In this document: positions 19,501-28,835 of the stretch, piece after piece
Layout: the number at the start of each line of letters is the position of its first letter
Position numbering within the stretch: the first letter of the stretch is position 1
Assembly (NCBI GenBank): GCA_009859145.1
Contig: VRVR01000023.1
Coordinates: 56,814 to 120,813 of the forward strand
From: Andalucia godoyi And28
Lineage: Eukaryota; Protista; Jakobida
Length of the DNA stretch: 64,000 nt
Direction of reading: 5' to 3'
Notes under the pieces: model-generated
What the model saw: the letters and a program-made list of their open reading frames with translations, nothing else
What the model was told of the DNA's origin: nothing
Databases searched by the model: none
Position numbers and translations under genes: made by a program

Positions 19501-22500
19501 TGGCCATGAGGGAAGACTCTCCTTGTGGGGGAGCGTCCTCGGTCATTGGTGGCTCCCCAGATCCGCTGGACGATGATCGAGATGATCGCGATGATCGCGG
19601 TAAACGAGCAGCACTGCCAGAACCATTAGAACCGTAAGAGCCATCAGAATCGTCAGAATCGTCAGAATCATCGGAATCATCAGAATCGTCAGAATCGGAA
19701 TTCTCGCTTCCAAGTGTCAATGTGCTTGTGCTATCATTCATCTTGGCGGGAACAGGAAGATGAACGGTGCCAGCAGACATAACCTTCTGGCTTGCCGGCC
19801 CTAAAGAGTCCGATGAACCGCGAGTAGGGGGGATGCGAAGTGCTGGGACTCTTCCCATTAAATTCCCAATTGTAAGCGGTTCCTCGTCAATCGAATTGTG
19901 CAACTCAGAACGATCGGCAGAAATCAACGGAACTCTTGGTGCACAGGATCGCTGCCCATCTCCACTGGATGACGACATCGCATCCGACGACAGCAAAGGC
20001 GGTACATTAATTTCGAGAGGGGGGGCAAACTCTTCGGGAGCTGGACTTCTCGGTTGCGAACGAGGGCTCTCCGAACCAAAATTAGATCCCGCCGCACGAC
20101 TGTGGTCTTCTTCGTCTGTGTACGACCCATTGCTGTTGCTGCGCGACGAGTACGAATCCTCAGATGACGAAGAGAAATCATCTGAACCGACAATTGTCGA
20201 AGGACGCGCGACGGGTACAGCGTTTCTTTCGGGTACGGGCAACAATGGAATCTTTTTGATAGGAGGAGAAACCGATCCGCCGAGGGAACCCCGCCGCGTT
20301 GAATTCGGAGAGGTCCGACTGCGATTTGTGTCAATTGCGATAGAATCATTGTCAATCACGACACCTGCATTGCTATGGAGCGAATCGCTTGTTGTGCGCG
20401 GAATCTGAGGTAGCTTGAAAGCCGGGAGTGAGATTTTCGGTTTCTTGTCGTCAGCATGTAATGATGAAGCGGGAGCAGGAAACGATCCTTGGATGGGATC
20501 AATTACTGTTGACACATCAAAACTAGTGTGAGAGAAAAGGGACTTGGCAAAGTCTGGATCGAAAATGTCTTCACCAGCCTCGAAGGTTGCTCTCGACGAC
20601 ACAGAAGAGGGATTTCCGGACACGGAGCTCTTGAAGCCGGTCATTGCTTCGTATTCCAAATCAATCTCTCGTGTCATGAACTCCAAAACGTGTAACGTCC
20701 AAAAATGCTCTGCGACTTGAGACGTTCGGTCACGAGCCAGCTCATGCAGGATGTCCAAATGAGCAATGCAAATCTCAACGGACGACGTATCTTCGCATCG
20801 AGGAACGTCTTCTCCATGCCTTTTCCGCAAACTAACGTACTCTTTGACGAAATGAACAAAATGGAAGGCAATGTATGTGTTTGTGACGGTAACCTGTGAT
20901 CGAAAAGGAGTGTTCGGCACTCTCAAAATGGAACAGACAAGATTCAGGCAAGAACAAAACACTGGTGCAGACCAAGTGGACGTCGCAGGCGAAAGCGCGT
21001 GGTGTTTGGATTCAACTTCGCTGGATCGAAAGGACACAGCAGTCACAAGATATTGCCGCAGAATTCCTTCGACGGGATGAATCAGCATTTCCAAGGTGCT
21101 CAGAACGCCCGAGTCGAGCAACGTCGTTTGGCCGCCGGCGCCTCCACTCGATGAGAAGTCTTTTAAAAGATCAACCGCCGCGTCCACAACGGAAAGGACT
21201 GCGCACGCGTGGTGGCCAAGGCATGGAGACGCACTTATGCCGCGATCGTCGACGACTTCGTCCCAGAAAGGAAGGACCTCTTTTCTTTCATTCTCGAGCA
21301 GGACAGACGGAAGATACGCAGACAAGAGCCAAGTAAATCCTTCAGAAAGGCCACCGAGAACGAGCCTGCTCAGAATTTCTCGTCGCTCCTCCTTTCTCAC
21401 AGGCATCCTAGAGTCTCGCTTGGCATCAAAACCACAAAACGAAAACGGTTTCTGCAACAAGACTCGAGTGATCACAATTGAATAGTGCAAGCATGCAGCG
21501 TGCACGTGTCCATCCACTGCGCCACTGGTCGCAAAGTAGCCGATTACTGCGCAAACGGTTCGAGACCATGCCGTAAGCAAACTGGATGTCGACGTTCTAG
21601 AAGTACTGACAAGAACATACGAGGCCAGCGCAGCTAGCGTGGTAGCCAGCTCAGGAAACGCGCGAGAACCGAGGGCCACTGAGGAAGCATGGGCCAGCTT
21701 CACAATGACCGGATCCTCGGAAAGCGCGTTCGAAGCTGAGGAATTGTAGGCATCCATCAAACCTTGAAACGCTTTGATGGGGCTCAGTAGGCCCTCGAAG
21801 ACATCCTCCTTCTGCAACAGTGACGGGAGATTGCGGTCTTCGTATTTCCCTGTCCTGTGCTTGAGAAGTGCTAAAAGAACATCCGCTGCTTGGTGAAGAA
21901 CAGGTAGAGGGATTGTGTCGGGGTGTTGCGAATACGTTGATTCAAGAATTGCAAGGAAGCTTGTGCAGACTGAAGAGAAGCTCTGCTGCGAAATCCGACC
22001 GCCGCCCTGCGCCCTCGCGCTGAAACTCTGCACTCGAGTTGAAAGTATGCCCAACTCGGAGTCCAGCGATTCTTCTGATTCCGTTGAAGAACTCACCGAC
22101 ACGGACTTTTCTACCGTGTCATCGTCCTCCGAATGCGTTCTCCGCTGCTGCTGGCCTTGAGGCACAAACAAGCTAGGATGGCTGGAGAGCGAGTGTACTC
22201 CCAGACGATACTCTCGTTGCACAAGCAGCATCATTGTAATATCGGGCGCCAGATACGTTTCTCCAAGCGCGTCTGCAAGCGCAAAAAGTTCATCTGATGA
22301 GTTGCCCTCAAATTCGATTTCGGAACCCTGAGACATGCGCTCAGATCCTGGGCCAGAATGCTCAGGAATGTTCAAATCAAGAGACAGTCGCATAGACGAC
22401 AAGTTGTGAATCCGTCGTGTTGACCGCGTAAACGCCAGGTGTGCAGCTTCTTCGTTATGGAGCGGGAGTCGAAGCGGCGGGACCTTTGATGGAGTATTTC

Positions 22501-23107
22501 CAGCAGGCAATGGCGGTTTCAGCGACATGGAAGGAAACGGAGATGGAAAAGGAGACACATCAGAACCGACTGTCGTGTGTGAAAACCGATTGTTTCGAGG
22601 TCCGTGAGAGCCTGTTTCCTTTCTATTGTCATATGTGTCCTGCGAGTTTTGGATGGAGAGTCGCAGAGACACATCCGGACGCTCCATCCGGCCCGCATCA
22701 TCTGACAAGATGGACCATGCAAGTTCCAGCCCGGATTGTGTTCTCTGATTCTTAACCGCTGCAGGAGAAGAAGCTTCAGAAGACGTACAGGTCCGAAACG
22801 ACTCGGCATTCTCTTTTGAAACGGCAGGCGACGCGCATTTTCGCAGGAAATCAAACGCCAGAGGAAGCACCGCTTGGTGAAAAAGCGCTGGGCCCTGCAG
22901 CTGATGAGAAGCTAGATTAACAACAAACTTTCCGTATGCTTCGGGATCTTTCTCGCAATTTCCGGCTAGCAAGAGCGTGCAGAACGGCACGAGATGTGAG
23001 GGAAGACCAAGCAGTAGCTGGTCGGTTAGAATGGAAAGTTGCGTTTCGGAAGGCGACTTTCCAACTGCATCGATGAGAGCAATAAGCTTGGTTCGAGAGA
23101 GACTCAT
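16532..23107 (-). CDS. Large Ser/Thr protein kinase fused to an inactive dual-specificity phosphatase domain, 2191 aa
   Basis: GQGAYG, VALK, HFDVKADN, SDFGES, RGTEYIKSPE, SDVWSLACLLYELL; DSP-like LHLGS...THLVNFS...VLVYSTRGLSRG...EAFLYVKQRRP; helical N-terminus and S/D-rich linker; first plausible ATG at 23107. Confidence 0.92.
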   Translation of the reverse strand: MSLSRTKLIALIDAVGKSPSETQLSILTDQLLLGLPSHLVPFCTLLLAGNCEKDPEAYGKFVVNLASHQLQGPALFHQAVLPLAFDFLRKCASPAVSKENAESFRTCTSSEASSPAAVKNQRTQSGLELAWSILSDDAGRMERPDVSLRLSIQNSQDTYDNRKETGSHGPRNNRFSHTTVGSDVSPFPSPFPSMSLKPPLPAGNTPSKVPPLRLPLHNEEAAHLAFTRSTRRIHNLSSMRLSLDLNIPEHSGPGSERMSQGSEIEFEGNSSDELFALADALGETYLAPDITMMLLVQREYRLGVHSLSSHPSLFVPQGQQQRRTHSEDDDTVEKSVSVSSSTESEESLDSELGILSTRVQSFSARAQGGGRISQQSFSSVCTSFLAILESTYSQHPDTIPLPVLHQAADVLLALLKHRTGKYEDRNLPSLLQKEDVFEGLLSPIKAFQGLMDAYNSSASNALSEDPVIVKLAHASSVALGSRAFPELATTLAALASYVLVSTSRTSTSSLLTAWSRTVCAVIGYFATSGAVDGHVHAACLHYSIVITRVLLQKPFSFCGFDAKRDSRMPVRKEERREILSRLVLGGLSEGFTWLLSAYLPSVLLENERKEVLPFWDEVVDDRGISASPCLGHHACAVLSVVDAAVDLLKDFSSSGGAGGQTTLLDSGVLSTLEMLIHPVEGILRQYLVTAVSFRSSEVESKHHALSPATSTWSAPVFCSCLNLVCSILRVPNTPFRSQVTVTNTYIAFHFVHFVKEYVSLRKRHGEDVPRCEDTSSVEICIAHLDILHELARDRTSQVAEHFWTLHVLEFMTREIDLEYEAMTGFKSSVSGNPSSVSSRATFEAGEDIFDPDFAKSLFSHTSFDVSTVIDPIQGSFPAPASSLHADDKKPKISLPAFKLPQIPRTTSDSLHSNAGVVIDNDSIAIDTNRSRTSPNSTRRGSLGGSVSPPIKKIPLLPVPERNAVPVARPSTIVGSDDFSSSSEDSYSSRSNSNGSYTDEEDHSRAAGSNFGSESPRSQPRSPAPEEFAPPLEINVPPLLSSDAMSSSSGDGQRSCAPRVPLISADRSELHNSIDEEPLTIGNLMGRVPALRIPPTRGSSDSLGPASQKVMSAGTVHLPVPAKMNDSTSTLTLGSENSDSDDSDDSDDSDDSDDSDGSYGSNGSGSAARLPRSSRSSRSSSSGSGEPPMTEDAPPQGESSLMASDGGRSRSSFSESHDSSFCDSEASLPDLPRSSSPEKPHNKPSVSTLTSAVVHPRVGSLKLPLSRLDSLHRSITEIDADLEAGEQGDITKGLKGQSFGALTSMERRMQEGGFKMQTVLQHEQPKEQNEGLFVHHSAHQRLGSRNKSLSFSSALAVETIVTDADDAAEQAIAEVYERYVAEQAYRPIYHYPELHSRMILLILSLLVTPHHTLDPLYVSYTSAELSRRLNTPFLLTLHANHDANQHILIPVTEAVMDHSRNDANAGIRILWKLTCRKLFEPSLYHDRMKIGQGAYGSVWKCKVSMPGGIEQDVALKVTPVPRSIYDRNTLQDIFTEILILERYRSDPRVAHLYDYGIDRDNYYCVMKLYSCTLREWRLGRSVKNMDDVLLVCRIFSSILCTFEDLHAQHVVHFDVKADNLLLDLHPSEMASASQSVSPEFPYSIVVSDFGESILAEGRDPHTTRNRGTEYIKSPEMLTIGMSTKKETNTYDRRKQVGASYASDVWSLACLLYELLAGEFLFYSEDWIQFFIRVTSENEELISPQKRTALEAICPELAEFLEWVLVRDPFRRPSVRDLSQKFRNIMDTLQERVAVSSRILTPRQRLTPRRRESNGASGLLGTHRRHSSRALPDDSDPSPSLSPSSISPKTPLDPASLLIPRLNRPSSPDPHGWRRDDVVIVSSKSCHVWGHLHLGSLIQALDYSFLTDHGFTHLVNFSGRPVPKVHCTTFEVFDTIEDHRDAAESFLRAVQFCKEASLVAGAKVLVYSTRGLSRGALFVVLYLVHACRVSFYEAFLYVKQRRPVIEIATLKRIVLANQSLLELARQRNIVPSIESEFPYVSHMHSGTVIHAPWSRRVRALQCQCGLVVVLAKDAHVARDGSVSCTAADLLTEIRPLVFFGPLTQDAPFSGTTTDGVPPLSQRSNQYRPVLCRMCKALVLRGDIFGPHPETTILTLSPRERFLDSWISSSMQTTGIAPFPVRDLRSKLFFDLAN

Positions 23108-23896
23108 AGGAAGATGCGCTGGATATGTATGACAAGACACAGAATGACCATGTTCAGCTTGTGGGATACGTGCTCCTTGCGTGGCCTTTTTTTTTTTTTT
23201 GGTTTGCTCGTTCAATCGGGTCGCTGTTTGTCGTCGAGCTGCTGTTTTTGACTTTTTCGTATGTGCGGTAACACTTCTTATCGGCTTCGATGTAGTATAC
23301 TGTACTGTAATTGTTATCAACGGCGAGTCAAGAAATCTGTGTTGTGCGGATGTCCAAAGTCCACAATGACGGATGACGGATGATGACCCAATGAATCATG
23401 AAAACCGCATGTGGAAATGCCCGGAAGTACGGTACGACGGTTTGCATAAAAAAGATCCTTCAGAAAAAGGCTCCCCGGGACAAGCACTTTTTCAAAGCAA
23501 ATATATATGTATATGTTTACTGCTCACAATTCTCGATCTGATGAAGCGTATTCCAGATCTCCCTCCCTCTTTTTCATCGTGAGGGTGTCGGTTTTAAAAA
23601 TGTGAACAAAAGGGATTCCACGCGGTAAAAGTCTACTCGATGCTACACCGAAAGAAGGAGCACTACAAGAAAGCAACCTTCATTGAGGAGACACCCCCGT
23701 CCAAGAACGACAACGACCAAACTCCTTTCGATTCCCTGCACTCACGAAAACAATGACGAAATAAAGAAGCGTGAAACTTTGGGAAAGAGAAATCTCGGTA
23801 AAAGCCCATTCAGTTTTGGAAACCGAAGCACAACGCTTGTAGCCACAGGGAACCGGGATTCATTGCTTTTTTTACAACCGCCATCGGGTTTCCGGC

Positions 23897-24136
23897 TGCA
23901 ACCCTTCCAGTCCAAAAGTCTGGTGGACGGCCCGTGATATCATCGGAGAGTATGGCTGAAGATGTGCAGGTCGAGGCCCAATGAGACACTGTTGAATACT
24001 GAGAACTGATTCCTTGTAATCGATGATGGGCGCTGATGCGGATTGTAAAAGTCACTTTTGATACGCCAAATAATCTGCTTGAGGCGCAGCACGCGAGCCA
24101 AATGTTTGGATAGGTTTGGGTTAGAGAGTAATACTT
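23897..24136 (-). pseudogene. Decayed coding fragment, copy 2 (internally deleted relative to copy 1)
   Basis: Same two blocks as 12025-12532, with only ~15 bp between them instead of ~300 bp. Confidence 0.55.
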
Positions 24137-24324
24137 ACGGTACCTACGCAGGCATGTAACGGAATTCATAGTAGGGATGGAGTGGCCGACCGCCGTCGTT
24201 CTGCAGGAGAGTGTTGGATTCTCTGATGAGCTGTACATTTACCGGGTATTGTTCAGTATGAGAATGAAGACTCGACAACGTCTGGTATTTCATAGAGCAT
24301 CGTCCGACGCTACATGAAAGTCCG

Positions 24325-26754
24325 CTAATTGCTGTTAAACTTGACATTTGGTGGAGCAGGAAACGGTTGCTGCATTTGAATTTGGCTGGCGTATGTCGCA
24401 GGCGTAAACTTGGATGAATGTTGAGAGAGTGGAGGGGCAAATGACAAAAGTCCCGATGCAAAACTCATGTTGTTCGTCGCCACTGGAGGCGTGCACGAAG
24501 CGGCGTCGAGAGACACTGGTGGTGGAATTGACGGCACATGCGTCGTTGACTGGGCAAAGTTCATCAACTCCTGCCATTCTACATGCCTTGCTTGTTCCTG
24601 AGCGTCCAATTGCTGCCGTTCAAGACGCATCGCAGCACCAAAAGAGGCTAGTCCGGAATTGCTTGCAACCGCTGGGTTGTCCAAGTTCCCGACAATTTGC
24701 ACAGGTTGCGCATTTGTCAAGTGCGACATGTACAGAAGTGACGAAATGTCCGCGGGCATGACAAACCTGCCTGTATCACTCGATATGGTATGTTGCTGAA
24801 GGGTCGGGTCTTGTGATGAATAGAATGGCTGCGGTTGCATATATTGCGTTTGCACGGGTTCGGGCTGGGACTGCAGATGCGATGGGTGTTTCTGATGATA
24901 TGGGGCCTGCGACTGCAACTGCAACTGCGACTGCGACTGCGACTGCGACTGCGACTGCAGTTGGTGCCCCACTTGCGATACTTGGAGATCCTGTGGAAGC
25001 GTCGGTGGCGACAGTCGTGACTGCATTTGGAACGTAGCAGAGAACGGAAGTGTGCTGCCACCTGTGACGCCCACCCAATTCAAGGCTGTCGCGGGAGTTT
25101 GCGAGGATGCGGAATTGTTCACAGGTATGCGGGCTCTGTCGTTGACTGCTACCAACGGTACATCTGAATGCTGCTGCTGCAGTTGCTGCGGAAAATGAAT
25201 CGCAGGAAGATCCGTGTTCGCGAATTCTGGAAAGGTCGAATTCTGCATGATGCGAGCGTCGCTCAGTTGAGTGAGAAGCAGATGCAAACACTCTTGTTGG
25301 TGATGGAACTGAAGCAGGATCTGCTCTTGTGACGGACCTGAACAAGAGGATTCTACAGAGGACAACGACGACGACTTTTGCGCGGCATACCGATTCACAT
25401 ACTCCATCGAAGAATTCGACGACACGGAATACAAGGACGCAGAACGAGGAACCGGTGAAATTGTGTGAGTGGAATTCGTACTGGAGGAAGTCGACGCAGA
25501 AACGTCAGGACCCAATGCATCCAAGTAATGGGCCTGAGACGACGAGGAGGAGGAAGAAGACGGCGGTGCAAATGCATCAAGGGATCTGCGAACCTTGGCA
25601 GAACCGCTCGAGCCGGGGTCATTGCCAGAGGACGATGATGTCGAACCCTTCCTACTCGACGTTTTGTCTTTCCGGCTACGCTTTCCTTTTTCGATTGGCT
25701 GTCTTGGAATGTGCAACAAGAACCCATTGTATACTTCGCATGTGCTGTAGTCGGGCTGGGCTGTTGACTCACCGTCAGAGAGATCGCTATCGCCTCCGTC
25801 AGATAGTGCAGTATCCTTCTCTGGAACCGGGCTCTGGTCAATTGCTGGCACAACTGGATCTTCATCAAAATCGCCTGTCAAGGATCGGTTTGGAAACAGA
25901 TCACTGGAAGACTCGCCTCCGGAAACGGATGCAGGAATGAGCTTCGCGGCTTCTGCAGATATTGGCTCGTAACCTACGCGGGAGATCCACCAAGAGCACG
26001 TAACGTCCGGCATCGGCAACCCGATTTCATGCAAGAGGGCGTAGAGCAGTGGAGACAGTCTCCGGCGTCCGTGAGAAACATTCGTAGACATAGGTGCGGT
26101 CGTTCGTTCTGCTGCAAATATCCTCGCCAACGAAGCAGCCATTTTCGGATCTCGATCTCGAATCAACACTGGAGCATCGCGATTCACTCCTGGAGGGCCG
26201 CTGGAGGTCGCGGACTTGGCCTCGCGAGAGACTTCGACCCACTTCCCTCTGCACTGAGCATCGGTCCTTCCAGTCAAAACTCGAGCGCATGCAGACCACA
26301 TTCTCGGCCCATGGAACCGCACCGCGAGTGCTAATGTTAAATACTCGTCAACGGACCACGGAACACGCGATATTGCGGGATCCAGGACTCGACGGTATCG
26401 CTGGTAGCATGTTTGCTCGTCCTTGTCTGTTCCCACTTTCTGTGCAACAATTTTCCAAGTTTGGTGTGTCGTGCTAGAAGAAGACGGTTCCAAAGAAGAG
26501 CTGGAACTGGACAATACATACTTCACCGCATCAATCAACCGCTGGTCTTCTTCTGGCGTCCAGTGCTTACGCGGAACTCGCCGTGACTCGCTTAAAAAAA
26601 TCCCCGGGTTGTCAGCAGACACTGCATTGACATTGAAATTCGCATGGGAGAAGCTGGGAAACAAAAGCATATCTGGAGGAACGTCAAACGAGAACACGCC
26701 CGCTGGGTCTGCCGCTTCCGCCACCGGCGGATAAAATGCGTTTCTGCTGTCCAT
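24325..26754 (-). CDS. Myb/SANT-repeat transcription factor with Q/S-rich C-terminus, 809 aa
   Basis: WTPEEDQRLIDAV...WKIVAQKV...CYQRYRRVLDP...WSVDEY..LALAVRFHGPRMWSACARVLTGRTDAQCRGKW; ATG at 26754. Confidence 0.9.
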   Translation of the reverse strand: MDSRNAFYPPVAEAADPAGVFSFDVPPDMLLFPSFSHANFNVNAVSADNPGIFLSESRRVPRKHWTPEEDQRLIDAVKYVLSSSSSSLEPSSSSTTHQTWKIVAQKVGTDKDEQTCYQRYRRVLDPAISRVPWSVDEYLTLALAVRFHGPRMWSACARVLTGRTDAQCRGKWVEVSREAKSATSSGPPGVNRDAPVLIRDRDPKMAASLARIFAAERTTAPMSTNVSHGRRRLSPLLYALLHEIGLPMPDVTCSWWISRVGYEPISAEAAKLIPASVSGGESSSDLFPNRSLTGDFDEDPVVPAIDQSPVPEKDTALSDGGDSDLSDGESTAQPDYSTCEVYNGFLLHIPRQPIEKGKRSRKDKTSSRKGSTSSSSGNDPGSSGSAKVRRSLDAFAPPSSSSSSSSQAHYLDALGPDVSASTSSSTNSTHTISPVPRSASLYSVSSNSSMEYVNRYAAQKSSSLSSVESSCSGPSQEQILLQFHHQQECLHLLLTQLSDARIMQNSTFPEFANTDLPAIHFPQQLQQQHSDVPLVAVNDRARIPVNNSASSQTPATALNWVGVTGGSTLPFSATFQMQSRLSPPTLPQDLQVSQVGHQLQSQSQSQSQSQLQLQSQAPYHQKHPSHLQSQPEPVQTQYMQPQPFYSSQDPTLQQHTISSDTGRFVMPADISSLLYMSHLTNAQPVQIVGNLDNPAVASNSGLASFGAAMRLERQQLDAQEQARHVEWQELMNFAQSTTHVPSIPPPVSLDAASCTPPVATNNMSFASGLLSFAPPLSQHSSKFTPATYASQIQMQQPFPAPPNVKFNSN

Positions 26755-27703
26755 CAATACGCAACCGCGGGGGGTCAGGGTCCTGGCTATGGAGCACCAG
26801 AGGTTAGAGAAGAGGAGAGGAGGAGAGAGATGCTGAAAAGACACGATGACGAGGAAGCGGCTTTGGCGAATGGGCAAACAAATTCGACGGGAAAACACTG
26901 CTTCGAGGCAGCACTGATTAAAAATACAATAAAAACACGAACGTGCTCAGATCCGAGGAGTGGAGAACAGGTCCGAGAAAACGGAAGTGAAGATCGGAAA
27001 ATGATGACGAGAGCTGTCACCGCAGCGAATTCGAAGATGGTCAGATGCCAGATACAGAGCAGTCGAAGATGCGAGGAGACGGCAATGGCTCCTCTTCGAC
27101 TTTTGCTGCTTCGTCCAAGCACACTGCGGACCTTCAAGAAACCCGGGGCACGTATCTCCGCGTTGATTGCCGAGCATCTCCCGTTCGAGATGCAGGCGCT
27201 GTTGCTTCGAGGGGGTCATGCAATCCTGATCTAACGTTCAGGGCTGCTGTCACGATTGCTGAGGCCGAAGGTTCCAAAGCAGCCATCGTCCGATCAATCG
27301 GACAAGATTTGCTGACACGGTTTGTACGGTTGACCATTTTGTACATGAAACATTGAACGTCAAAAACAAACAGCATCTTATTGGAAGTTTGGTTTCTCTT
27401 ATCCTATGAGGAACGCGATGCTCCCTACCGTAGCCAAGTCTTGCATTTCTTCATTCTTCACCATTTTTCTTCTTCGTTCCATTATTTCCTGCTTGGTCGT
27501 GCTTTACCATCGAACCCCCCCCCCCGACAAACCCCCCAAACCGGCCATGCCCGAAGATACTGAGAACCAAGAAACCCGTTGATTCCCTCTCGTCGGAGGC
27601 CGAGAGCAAGAAGAAGAAGCGACGACCCCTTAGATGGAAAGCAATTTGCATTGAAGAGTTTGGTGCTCGTCCCCATTTACAGAAGCAAAAAAAACCTGTG
27701 GCT

Positions 27704-27749
27704 TGGATGTGTCTTTGGTGACAGCTTAGCCGATGATGAATAATGATTC
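27704..27749. repeat. 46-bp direct repeat, copy 1
   Basis: TGGATG(T/C)GTCTTTGGTGACAGCTTAGCCGATGATGAATAATGATTC; 39 bp identical to 31452-31490. Confidence 0.9.
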
Positions 27750-28026
27750 ATGCTATAGCGAGCGGCGGACCCACTGACATTCTTTTTGCGCCCTCAATTG
27801 ACGTAATCATCCATTGTCCCCGCTCTCGTTCGTCGTTGAGCTAAGATGCAGAGTGCTGAAGAGAGACGAAAAGGATGAGATTTTGGAAAGATTAGAAAGT
27901 GGAAAGATTAGACCGGGAGACAAAGCATCATGAATTCATGATCAATCAATGAACTTGGGGATTTTTTTTATTATGAAGGGCTGAAATTAAGTTTTTTTTA
28001 ACAGTAAATACATAAAATAAGCAGTA

Positions 28027-28503
28027 CTACTTTGAAATTTGCTTCTTTAGCATTTTCAACCGAGTTTCGACATTCCACACGGCCTTTATGACCATCAGCT
28101 TTTCCAGGAGCTCTTCGTCCTGCCGTTCAGGTTCCAAAAGACTTTTTTGAGCTTTTGCCTGCTTCGCTCTGAGCCTCTGTGCGCCATCCAAAAGCAGGCT
28201 AAACGACTGCTCGACGTCTGCCGGATCCACAAACTGCAAAAGAGACGTCTCATCATCGTGGCCGTCGTGGTGTTGTCTCTGGAGCCGTGTAGGCTGTTCC
28301 TCGGGAACACCATCTGCCACGGAGTCCTGTATTGAGGCAGACGATGGGGATCGGCTCATGGCCCGTGATTTGGGCTGAGGCGGCAAAGACGTTAATTGGC
28401 CCGACGGAAACAATAATAGTTTATCAACGGCTGCAGAAACCGAACGGCGGTTCGAAAAAGCTGGAGAAGTCGATCGACTCATTTGCAACGTACCTCCTGA
28501 CAT
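28027..28503 (-). CDS. Hypothetical protein with C-terminal coiled coil, 158 aa
   Basis: ATG-initiated ORF, S/P-rich N-terminus, amphipathic C-terminus (EELLEKLMVIKAVWNVETRLKMLKKQISK). Confidence 0.65.
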   Translation of the reverse strand: MSGGTLQMSRSTSPAFSNRRSVSAAVDKLLLFPSGQLTSLPPQPKSRAMSRSPSSASIQDSVADGVPEEQPTRLQRQHHDGHDDETSLLQFVDPADVEQSFSLLLDGAQRLRAKQAKAQKSLLEPERQDEELLEKLMVIKAVWNVETRLKMLKKQISK

Positions 28504-28518
28504 TCCAAACGAAACTTC

Positions 28519-28634
<116 letters not shown>

Positions 28635-28835
28635 GTCTGTCTGTCTATGCTCTGTTGCGCTTTCTTACAGCACGCATTGCAAGCATATGCGGGGAACTGG
28701 AGATGCTTTGGGAGTTTTGTTTGGACTTTTTGAGTCGGAGCACAATCGATCGGTTACGACTACGACCGCCGAGGTACGCAGTGCTGATGTTGCTGTTGTT
28801 TTTTACAGTTGGAAGGGCCTTGTGGTTTCTATCCT

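Noticed and set aside
27733-27777. C/D-box snoRNA (ATGATGA ... CTGA) within the 46-bp repeat
   Set aside because: The second copy lacks a D box, conservation extends about 28 nt upstream of the C box, spacing is very short, and no rRNA complement was recognised
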